A program made the position numbers and the translations under genes. The notes under the pieces were generated by a model. It was not told where the DNA came from. It did not search any database and was given only the letters and a program-made list of their open reading frames with translations. From Botryllus schlosseri (lineage: Eukaryota), in assembly GCA_051294905.1 (NCBI GenBank), contig CM119386.1, positions 992,001 through 1,056,000 of the forward strand: a DNA stretch of 64,000 nucleotides. Direction: 5' to 3'. Every line of letters begins with the position of its first letter. Within the stretch, counting starts at the first letter, position 1. This document shows, one piece after another, positions 1 to 11,700 of this stretch.

Positions 1-810
1 TAACTACTCCGTTCCGGTATTGGGATCAAGTCACTACTTTCGAGTCATTGCACAATTTGACTCGAGTCAAGTCACAATTCAAGTCAAGTTGTCTTTTCGA
101 AATACAAAGAATGATTATAGGCTATTGCATTTTGCTAGCAGTTTGAAATTCAGATTAAGACGACATTTATTTTAAATCGAGGGATGAATTGGCGCTGCAT
201 AGCTCATGAAATCACATAGTACTATGCTTAACTATACGTAACTGTTGTATACCCCAAGTCTATAATTATTCGCCAAAATAGAGGATAGAATACGAACCTC
301 TGATAGGGGAAACGAATTGATATGATGCATTACCCAACTACGGATACAATTTAAGCCTGGGCCAATGCTTGACTATAATAATATAAACTTGTAAACTATA
401 TCCAAATTCAATTTAAATCATACAAGACATTTGGTTATGGTGATCAGCTAATGCCAATGACCATTAACCAGTCTATAGAACAGAGATAGATACCTTGTTG
501 TTATAGTAGGCCTCACTTCACTACTGCGACAACGTTCGCTGTAAGCGGTCAATTTATTTGTGAGAGAACGATGGAGGTTCAGTAAAACACAAAATCGATT
601 AATGAATGAGATTTGTCGTTCTCATAAGTCACGCCAGCGCATCAAGAGCAATCCTAACATTGGTAAAGTACAGCGATTTTTATCGACAATTACTTGATGA
701 CTTTAAATTGACTCGTAAATTTTGCTCCGAGTCACTAGTCAATCCTTATTTCTGAAACGCCGAGTCAAGTCAAGTCATTTTTGCAACTTTATTGCTATTA
801 TAGCCTACGA

Positions 811-2014
811 CAGTGGTTCTCAACCGGTGTGCCGCGGCACACTAGTGTGCCATTTACGTCTGGCAAGTGTGCCGCGAGCGTATTCTTCGGAATTTTGAAA
901 TTATGCGCCTAATGATTCTAGTTTATAGCAAATAGGCTAATCAATAATTTAAATTGAGCTTGAAGTGAAGATTGTACATTTGACAAATCAAAATTGATAT
1001 CATGCCCGCAAACAATACCCCCTCGAATTCGTTTTAGCGGGCAGATCGCGTGACTTGAAGGCTGAATTCAGTTTTGCACAATCGTTGATTGATTGCATGC
1101 AGAGAAGAGAAGAGTAGACATATCGTCGCCTGTACGACAATGCAGTTTGCTAATCCGCATTGTCTCTCCAGTAATCTGCGGGAAATGAACTCCTTTGGAA
1201 TTGACGTTCGCGTTTACAAATTTGAATTTCGAACACGGCAATCCACATTGTGATCGTTAGGTATCGTGCCGGCGCTTCCGTTAAAATGTAGGCTTGTAGC
1301 GCAACGTTGTGTTACTGTCAACTAATATGAGTATTAAGAAGTGAGGTTGATCAAATTATATCAGGTAACAAACATCTTCGCTTCGCCGCTTAGTTTATAA
1401 TCTTGGTTTGTTGGAAGTATAGTTGGACTGGTGTCTGCCAGTAGAACTATTGAGGAATGGCTATCCTCAAGCGTGCTACACGATCTGCGTGAAAAAGCAT
1501 TGTATAGCCTGGTATAGCCTGCACCTCAACGCCTCCGTATTCGTTAGCGGCGATCGTGCTTTACCTCTTCGACCCAATCCGGCAATAGGCATATTTATTG
1601 TCAAACAAATCTATTGAAATCGAATCTTTGGCAGCCCGAAGTTTCTGTAAGGTCGTAGGCCTATATCTAAATGAGCCCTTCTGACTTTCGTCTGAATGCG
1701 CCTTGTTTGTTGTATTCACGAAGGAACGATATTCTGGCCCGAGGAAAACGACGACTTTCTAACACGACTATATGATGGCCTCTTTACCTACAAAAGATTA
1801 CTTTTAGTTTATTTAAAAAAGGGAGCACAAAAAGATTCTGGATTGACTGCAGAGGTTGTCACATTAGTCGGCGTTACTACTGCGTGCTAATGAGTATTCT
1901 GGTAGTTTGCTGGTGCCGTAAGCCCAAAAAGTCCAGAACCACTGTGATGGTGTGCCGCGAACTATTTTTCATTTCCAAAGGGTGCCGCGAGGTCAAAAAG
2001 GTTGAGAACCACTG
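811..2014. mobile_element. Non-autonomous hAT (Charlie-like) element, 1.2 kb
   Basis: TIR CAGTGGTTCTCAACC / GGTTGAGAACCACTG; perfect 8-bp TSD GCCTACGA (803-810 and 2015-2022); no transposase ORF. Confidence 0.9.
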
Positions 2015-2713
2015 GCCTACGACATAACTATCTGGAATCCATGACACTTCTGGCGCCGCGTCTGGTGCGTAATTAGGTCGCCGATTTAAAATTGGCTGTA
2101 ACTCAATCGAAAGGCTCAGTCTCACGTTCAAATCGATTAATATCGATTATAGTCTACATGCATAAACTTGCCTCTCAAATGATGATTGCTCACTCAAAAT
2201 GTTAATACTGAGAGAGTGAGAGAGAATCTTTATTTGTCAGCCGTGAAAATCAATAACATACAAAACAAAAATGGGATTTGGTAATTGAATTGTGGTATGT
2301 GAAATGCAATACACAGATAAGCTGCAGCATGGTATGGACGGGAGGCTCGGAGGCCTAGTCATCAAAGCCGGGCCACCCAGTCCAGGAGCATCTTACCATA
2401 CAGAAGTCATTATACTCTCAAAGTAATAGATAAATAAAAAACGCAGGGAAAACTATAAACTACAACACACAGCGTCGTGTAAAATTAAAGATTTCATGAA
2501 CAAAATACCTTCATTCCTAATAATATTTAGCGGTAGCCTGCGAGCAGCGATTCAAAGCGTTGTATTTTGAATTCATATGAAGGTTAATTGCGAAGACCAG
2601 ACAGTAAGTTATTGCATATCCTGAAACCTATATACGTGATTGAATTTTGCACAAAACTGGCAGGATAGTTGATTTCGGTATTATTTCTAAAGAACTGCAA
2701 TGTTATATTTCAG

Positions 2714-5700
2714 GGTTTATCATTGAAGGAGAAAGCACAGTCGAAAGAAAAGCATTAAAGATAGCTGTTGCTAACGCTAATAAGATTCTGGAACCAGACA
2801 TACGGATTGTAGCGCGAGAAATGCGCATTAGAAAGGCCCAATCCCATCAAATTGATAAAGAAGGTAATCCATTCGCGCATTACACCTTTCCGGAACATTG
2901 CATAGCTCGTCAAAATGACTCCTGTGGATTTCCATTGCCAAGTTGAGCAAAAACGGCGTATTGTATCGAGGCCACCATTCTTTTTCAAGCGAATCCATTG
3001 CCTTCGTGTGTACCCCATTGCGCATTATGACCCCGACAGAAGATTTGGACTACTATATAATTCTATTTATACTAATTAGATCAAAATTAATTTGCAGAGT
3101 GGATCTATGCTCTCATTTTAATACTAGTCTCATTTCTGGTTTACCGGAAAATGCTATACAGGAGAGCTGTATAATGCGAAACGATTCAAGCTTAGTGTAC
3201 GCAAACATGGTCAGTATCATGCTTATGAGAACGAACTCTGTTTAGATATGAAGTAATGTTGATTCTTGTTGTATTTCATTCGAACTCTAAATTCAATTCC
3301 ATTTTAAGTTTTTTGCGAATTCAGTAATTCTATTTCTAATCTGATATTGAGAAGCAGAAAATTCCCGAGCGACAATCCCATCTACTCGCTGTTGGTATCT
3401 AAAGATGTATCGAACATTCTGTTCTCCCATTCGAACCTCCACGAAGCACTGTTTGTCTGTGCCTAGTTTGCAATTTGGCGAAGATGGGAATGGTTGCGTT
3501 GGTAACAGCTACTTCATGTCCGGCACAGATGGTTATCCAATCAAGGGCCGAGGATTTGCACCTACCAACCTTGCAGGTAATATCAATAATAAATAATTTC
3601 ATACTGATCATGATCATACTGATTGTTTGTATCTTATGGATTTCATGAGAGAATCACAAAACGCAAAGTGATATTAGCTTGGCTGAACCGGTCACAGCAC
3701 CTCTAGATATAGTCAATCAATGTATTTTCTATTCTATGTAGCCTACCCGTGATGGTATACTGTGTGAGATTGCATCTTATTGACGAGATAGCGTAGTGGT
3801 ATAATCCACAGCTGCAACACCAATGGGTTACGGTTCGAGTCTGACCGAGGACTCCTTCAGAATTCCCAACCAAGTGTTCAAGGTTTCTAGGCTCCTCCCC
3901 GCCATCTCACTCGTGTAAGCGGTGTAAGCCTAGAAGTGGACCGTGCCACAAGTCAGCCGCTACGGAATAAAAATGAAGAAAATCGCCCTGGTGTAAATGG
4001 CCATAGTAGTCGAGAAACACCATGAATGCCACGAACAAAAACAGCATCGTATTCAGGTCGGTAGTTCTTACTGTGGAAACCCGCGAATTTCTGGCGACTT
4101 CTACTTCTCAACAATCCCTGATGAGGAGCTGATATTTCGTCCTCTCGTGAAATATCTGGCGGACACGAACGTTAAGAACTTGGTGATATGCTACCAACAA
4201 GGCTACGGTAAGTGACATGCAGTAGAAAAAGTACCAGATATATGATACTGCATTAGGGTTACCATATTTTGGTTAAGCCAATTCCGGACACTCTTTAGCG
4301 CCCACTAGTGGATTTTAAAATGAGGTGACACTCATTGACCGTCAATATGACGTCACACTAGCAAAGCATTGCCCAGCGACTGTATACGCTAAACAGGACT
4401 GGAGTGGAACATAGGTAATGAATTGGGCCATCTGTAATGTCAGCTCTGGTGATTGCTACTTGGTAGGGTCTGCAATAGATTCCTCCACGTGCCTGATGAA
4501 ATCATGTGGCGGTCCGTGTCTGGCCTGTCAGGATTGTGTTTGACAGCCCTGCTATACTGTTAGGTCGGTGGGCTATATGTATATGTGTTATCAGGTTCGA
4601 AATAACCTTCCTCCCCCCCTTCCGCCCAAAAAGAACTGATCCTGGGTAGTCGATGTAACTTGTTGGGCACTTACTATGTTCATTTGGCTGTTAAATTTTA
4701 TGTATGAATTCTGTCAATAATATTGATTATTAGGCTACTATAAAATGAACCAGCAGGTTGTACATCCGGTGATTTCCAACCTTTTATGGTCGCGACCTCT
4801 TTTCCCACTTGAAAATGTTTCGTGGCAAAGTTCAAAACTTGATAAGCTGATTACTAAAAAAATTCTGCTTGCCCAAACTTACTCACGGCCTAGGAAGCTG
4901 ATTATGTTCAACATAATCGCGATCCCCAGATAAAGGCGAACGACCCCAAGATTTGGAACCACCGTCTGTGATTGAAGCATCCAAACGGCCTTAACCAACT
5001 CTAGGAATACACCGTTAACTTATAATTGCGATTACAATCATACTTATTTCAGTAAATGATGGCTATTATATTACTTTTGATTGCATTTTTGGAGAGGGTG
5101 GTGCCTGGTGCCCATACTAATATCCTTATACGTTGCATTACCTCGCGGGCGGCGCGAAGAACAATTTTGAATAGCATAAATCTGCTTGAAAATAATATTG
5201 TTTATGTTGATTTACGAAAAACTATTGAGCCTGCTTCAAGCCTTCAATATTCCGGACATTTGGGCATATTTTAGAAATTCCTCCCGGACGCAGATTTTTC
5301 AGTGAAATTCCGGACATGTCCGGGAAATTCCGGACGTATGGCAACCCTATACTGCATACATGTATCGATACTTGATAGTGAATTTGTTAGTGCACCAGCA
5401 ATTTACATAGATGTATTAGATGTGTACTGTGGTGTATTTTGTCTGTTTTTGTAGCGAAACTTTGTGCCTCCCGATGGCTAGTATAAAGTATATAGATCAG
5501 CGTAAGTGATCCCATAGGCTACAGCAAAGGTTAAAAACCACTGTCATAGTTGAATAAATTGGCGGATATATGCACGGTGCCCGCGTACTTGTGTACTGAG
5601 CGTGAAATATCCAAAGGTCAGAACTTGTTGCTTAAATCTGCTGGATATTTTACGAGCCACCGAGATTCCAAGTGACTTTCCAAGCTAGCACTCTTCTCGA

Positions 5701-8700
5701 ATCCAGGCTTTCTGCGGATCAGCAAGGACAGGTCATTAAAAAATTCTATTGTTTCACAACAATTCCCAACGCGATCTCATTGCCGCTGACAATTACTTAT
5801 TCATGAGCAATCGGATTTAAATCGCGTCCGGCATTACTTTTCACGGCTTATCGTCTCGATGCGGATGACATTCTTATTCCGCGGCTTGATAATGAGCTTC
5901 ATTGTTTTGAGACCAATACACGGGAAAGTCCAATGCAAAGCAACATATGGCTTACAAATACGACAGCTCGATGCGTGATATTCCCGTGTTAAGAATCAGT
6001 GATACCCTGCTACTGACAACTGTAATCACCCGGCTAATAGGATTAAGGTTTCTGCTATTGAGGTTAAGGCGCATCACTTCATGACCAGGGCTGAGCGATT
6101 CGATATCGAGAATTAGGCTTCGAGTCATGTTGATCACCACTCAATATAACGCCATAACTATATAAAATTGCGGAAAGTTAAATTATATACCTTTTATCCG
6201 ACAGCAAAGAATATAACGATAGTTCTACATCCAATTAAAAATAATTATGTATTTTTTCGACCATGCCTATTTCATTGCAATTTGTGACAATGAGTTGATA
6301 ACGATTTCACAGATATATCATTTTCACTTGTAATACATGTTTCGTATGTTGCGACTCGAATATTTTGCTAAGACTTCAGGAGTGATAAGCCTGACAATAT
6401 TATAGTCGAACATTCGCAGGGTGCATGGATTGTTAAACTTGAGAAATTCAGCGATGAATATAAATTTTGCGAAAGTGTACATTTCAATCTCAGCGATGTC
6501 CTTTTACGCCTTCCGTAAACCCAGATTATCCCGAGTCTCACAAATGCGGCGATTGGCTCAATTTATTTCAAATTCTAGTTACTCCCAGTATATACAGAAT
6601 AGCGACGGAAATAATATTATGGATCAAAATCGATTTCAATGTTTACGGTATGAATAATTTATTTTCACTTTCGCTACAGCGAATATTAGTGAAAGCGAGT
6701 TAATAAGTCAGAATATATTATTACGGAAAGAACTGAGAAACTGAAGAGAACTGAAGGTTTTGAATCTTCCACTGCTAAAACAGAATGTACGCACTCTTAG
6801 TGAAAAGGGTGTGTGTTCACACCCAGAGGGTGATACACGAAATCGGAACCTAGCCCAGAATTACATCATTATAAATCCTACGTTTCTACGCGCAACCATT
6901 ATTTGAATTGAAAGTGTTTTATTTGATTTATACCGTGGTGTAAGTCAGCGGTATATGTTATAGTTTCGTGTACTACAGGTGTTCATTCATTTATATTCGT
7001 ATATCACGGTCGGTTCAAGGGTGTGAATACACACCTTTTCCGACTAACTACAATTATATTTTGAATACCTGTAAGATATACAGTGGCACTGAAGCAGCTT
7101 CGTGGAATTGTGGGAATGAATTTAACCTTGAAACGATGTTTTCTGACTTTCGGAAACATTCGAAAAATCGCGGTCTTATACCGCTACCGTGATCTATTCG
7201 TGTTCTTGATTTTGCCTCGTTGGCGACAGCAGAATAGATGCGTCAGGTGAGGCTGGTTATCGTTTTCATATCCTAATCCAGAGGTGGTATTGACTCATGT
7301 TTACTCGGAATTAGTATGAACATTGAAAATGACAGCAGACAATTCAAATCCCAAACCAGGTCATCAAGAATCGCAAATGCAAATACATGCTCATATATCT
7401 GCTGTAAATTTCATACAGTGCAAGGTGTAGGTTTAACTTGGGGGAGGGGGTCGTTGGAGGCTAAGACACACACCAGACTCGTGCGATAGGAAGCACTCTG
7501 ATTTGCAGTAAATATTTGTTATTGTCTTGTGAAAATCATGTTTTAATGGATTTGTTTTTCTAACACTCTTGTTGATGCACACTGCACAGTGCACAGCTCA
7601 TTTTGTGCACCGGTATGATATAGTAATATATCATATATGTAGTGTGATAGACTGTTTCTTTAACGACTAGGCGAAAATTTGGGGTTCGTCGAAGGCTTGC
7701 GGGTTAACGTAAGGGTTGGCGAGGTAAGTAAAGGTTTATAGTACAGAACTATATACTGGTGTAGGCTTGATCTCCAGACATATTTCACCAAAACACGCAC
7801 ATTTCCCCGTCATTGCGCCCGTCTGTAATCGATTTTGTTACGAAATCCCAGCCGCATCTACGCTGCAGAGAATGATCACCACAAAAATGATGAGCAGGAG
7901 CTATGACGTCGTTACCAACGTCGTTGAAATCACGCCTAAAATCGATTGGGTTAATTTCGCCGGTTCGGATCTGTCTCGACAAATTTCGAATTTCCTCTCA
8001 AGAAGTGAAGACTCAAAGATAGACGCCTTCGTCGTTCTGGCGTCGCCTCACGCGACAGTTCAATTGATCCTCAAAGTGGGTACGACCAGACTTGGAAAAG
8101 TAGATCATTCCAGTTGCCTAATTAGACTGATTATTGATTGATTTTTGCTGTGATTCTTTCACATTCTGTATTTCATTCAATTTATAACATATTTCTGAAA
8201 AAAAAAACACGGTATAGTTATCATTCTGAATCTAATCTAATTTGGAAGAGCTGAAAATTTTCTAGTTGTGGCGCCATTAACAATGAGTCGAGTACGATAC
8301 GACGTGAGACATAATTTGCAGACAGACCGCCCCGTCCATTGGATCGTTGCTAACCAGGCCTTCCGGGCTGGAGACTCGAAAAAGTTAGAGAATTCTCTCC
8401 AATCAGCCGTAACAGTAATTCGTTTGAACAGCGATAGCAACGACGCCCTCGTGAAAACGTAAGTCAGGCGCTGGTGTTTCGAAGTACTCAAGTAGATTTC
8501 GTGAATTCCATAAGCGGTATCGTTTTTAGTGTGTTTGATGAGCAGCATTTAGGAAAAACTATTTACCTTTTCACATTATGGATTTTGAAAAGTAGTCAGT
8601 TGTCTTGGGATAAGGTTAACATCACTTAAACGAGCGAGATTGTCACAAAACCGTTTGAAATAGCCTCGTATCACGGTAATTAGTTTTGTTTTAAGAGCTA

Positions 8701-11700
8701 TTCCATTTCTACTCGAACAGTTTTTAAGAAAAAACACTTACTGTTCTCAATTTGTAAGTTGTAAAGTGTAATTGTGTAATTGTCATAAGAACCGCGTGAA
8801 ATAGCACTTGTATAAAAAGCCTATACCTATTTGTAGTGTTCATTATGATTACTTTGTATTAGTCCCTCCCAAAGATACATTACATATTGTAATTCCGATA
8901 AAGTAGCCATCGCAATCTGCCAAAAGTATATGCGAAGATTGCGAACCTTATTCGATCAATTTAGTTTTCGAAACTACATGCTTGAATACTTTTCGGACCA
9001 TTCACTTGAAGTAGTTTTGACACGCCACAGTAAATCGCTACTTCTTCGTAATTGGGTAGATATTCAGGGTATGACATCTACTTCTACACACTCTGACTAT
9101 ACTCTGACCACATTTGGTCACGCGTATTACGATAATGATTTCAATGACAAGATTAGAATCGGTTCAGAATAATGCTTTGAATGTTAATGAACTACTAAAG
9201 ACCCCACAGCCATTTGTGCTCTGCAGATTTGTAACCGAATGGAATAAAGAATCGTTGAAGACGTGTGAGGAATGCGATGCAGTCAGGATAGGCGATGTTC
9301 CGGTTGGATATTTTCGACATCGTTTGTGATACGTTTGAATTTCGCGTATATATTTCGATTGATTCTAAACCTATTCTCAATCGACGTTTGATTTTGACTT
9401 TTTCTTGAGATCACCGCTCTGTATCTGTTCGACGGAATCGCGCAATTAGCCCAGGGGTTGAAGTCCATGCAGGAAGGGGACTCTTGGCACAGTGGGGCTC
9501 CTCTCACGTGCGGGAGTAATGAAACGTGGGCCGGTGGATGGTACCTCATCGATGCCATGAAAGAGGTATCGGCATAAGCGATAGAGCCTGGCCGTTATCG
9601 GCAGACTTTGGACAACTAAGATCATTCTAGTTATCTGATTTGACTAATTGGAGCGAATCTAATTATAATCTAGTTAGTGAATTCTTTCTCTCAATTTAAT
9701 CCGAATCTAATTTCCGGATTTCCGGAAAATGCTACAGCAACTCTAACCCAATTTGAAAACAGCTAACAATTTTCCATTTCTCCAACACTGTATGGTCCAC
9801 GGTATCTGTCATGTCACATTTTACCGACGCACTTGAATCGCGTGTTGCAGGCGAATTCTTCGGGATTATTGGGAGCCGCTCGACTGAATCAACGCGGGTA
9901 TCGGAATTTTGCAAATTTCGCAGTCACAGAGAAGGCGAACGGCGGTAGTTTCAAAACGGTGGGAAATGTTGGTCGTTGCATAATAGCGATTCTAACGTAC
10001 CGTAAGTTAACAAAAGCACACTTTCATATAATAATTTCATTTTGAAGATCGCGAATTGGCAGCCTGATATGACGGGGCGTTCCGAAGAAGGCAGGTCGTG
10101 GGGAGGTATTAGTGCCAGTAGTGACAGAGTTCTAAGGGTGGCAGCTGCATTGGTGAGACACGTTTAAATGATATTCTGCATTTGACATTGAAAGCGTGAG
10201 TTTGTATTGAAGATGCCCCTTATTTATTTATAAAATTCCTATATTGTACTTTATCTTATATTATAGATCAGGGGTTGTTAACCGGAGTTCACATCTTATC
10301 GGCCTCGCGCAACCCAAAAATCTTACCCGAACAACACGTCTGAAGAATAGGAATAGGACGTTGTATATTTTTGTCCTTGAAGTTTTTTTGTGGCACATAC
10401 ACCGACTCATAAAAAAAGCAACTATATTTGAAGTGGTCAGGTCCGGAATGAACCAGGGCAGCTAAATCTGATTACTGCCAAGTTAATTACAGGCTCGATA
10501 CTATTACTGGCTATCATACAACATATACACGTTCTATATAATAATACCGATGTAGGCTATATTAGTATATAACGTTTAACTCATATCGACTTAACTATTA
10601 TCTTAGGATTCGCCTTTCGTGATCAAGTCCGACTCCAACAAATTGGAAGGTTTCGCAGTTGATTTGCTGAGCACTCTTGCCCTGAAATGCAATTTCGAAT
10701 ATCAAATTTACGCTGTCGACAGAGGCGAATTCGACTACCCTGACATGAATGGATCGCGCTACGGGCTAACCCAAGAAATTTTATCAAGGGTGAGGTTTTC
10801 TGCAGTGGATGACGTATACATGACATGTCTACAAATTACATTTTTATTCATCGCGATACATTCAAACTAATAACTAGGACAGAAATGACATTTCCGTTAA
10901 GTCGTGATCAACCCACAGCATTGTCCCAAAGTGCAGTGAAGGTATATATATATATGGTCGGAAAATGCCAAACAATCTTTAATGTGATGTAGAAGAAGCA
11001 TTATATTCCTTCTGTCCGCATAAAAGCTACATATTTGTATACTTTGAACATTTACTGATACTCGAATCGACGCCTAATAACCGATTCAGAATCAAATCAC
11101 CCCGGTACTCGATTTTGCTAAGCCCTGATTGCGATCTTCATATAAATTATGTTTAGAAAGCGGACCTCGCGATTGGAGCTTTGTCGATCACCAGCAGTAA
11201 ACTACGAAGCGTCGATTTCACAACGAGATTCATGGATTCCTCCCTTGCGGTCGCAATAAAGAAAATGCCACACGTGCCGAAACTTCTCTTCTTCGCCGCT
11301 CTATTTGATTCGAGCGTGTGGTAAGTTTAAACATCGCCTCGACAATGAACTTGAAACGATATATGCTGTCTCACTTCAGGATATGTATCGGGGCATCGAT
11401 TGTTATCGTCGGAATCATGACTTTTATCCTCAACCACGTGAGTGTGAAAATAGAGGTGGCCAAGTAGTCAGCGTTGTTGCTCAAGCAGAATTATCTCCTT
11501 TAGTAGAAACTAAAGTATATATTCCTGTCATCAATTTAATTCAATTTCAGGTTGGTCCGGAAAAGAGCAAATCGTCTTCTAGTGTCTGCGAGAAGCTTTC
11601 ATTCGCAGACAGCGTGTGGTTCACATTCCGCGGACTGATGCACCGAGGTAAGTTATCTTGTCTGATGTCGGGTATAACTCGTTGCAGACTAGGACAAACT

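Noticed and set aside
2496-2713. Candidate GluD signal-peptide exon or micro-exon (MNKIPSFLIIF...; IVDFG at 2664-2677)
   Set aside because: An in-frame stop and an implausible 36-nt intron prevent a consistent model, so the first exon is left unresolved.
3787-3850. tRNA-like A and B boxes (also at 27002, 39928 and about 61750)
   Set aside because: No complete cloverleaf, and each continues into a shared repeat body; these are SINE heads, not tRNA genes.
5056-5274. Similar ORFs at 5056-5274 (+) and 57228-57452 (-) that look like a conserved small protein
   Set aside because: Both lie inside copies of the same non-autonomous element. Similarity reflects DNA repeat identity, start and stop positions differ, and there is no transposase motif.
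5810-5990. Intronic reading frame containing RLDADD, like a GT2 glycosyltransferase motif
   Set aside because: It is short, bounded by stops, has no start or splice support, and is probably chance.
8266-8321. Alternative upstream acceptor extending a GluD exon
   Set aside because: The AG belongs to the end of an interspersed repeat. The 8099/8322 junction gives better length agreement with GluD proteins.
10244-10465. ORF resembling the pre-S1 strand (NRTLYIFVLE)
   Set aside because: Exon 10048-10152 (IANW...DRVLRVAAAL) supplies this segment with strong splice sites and correct phase.
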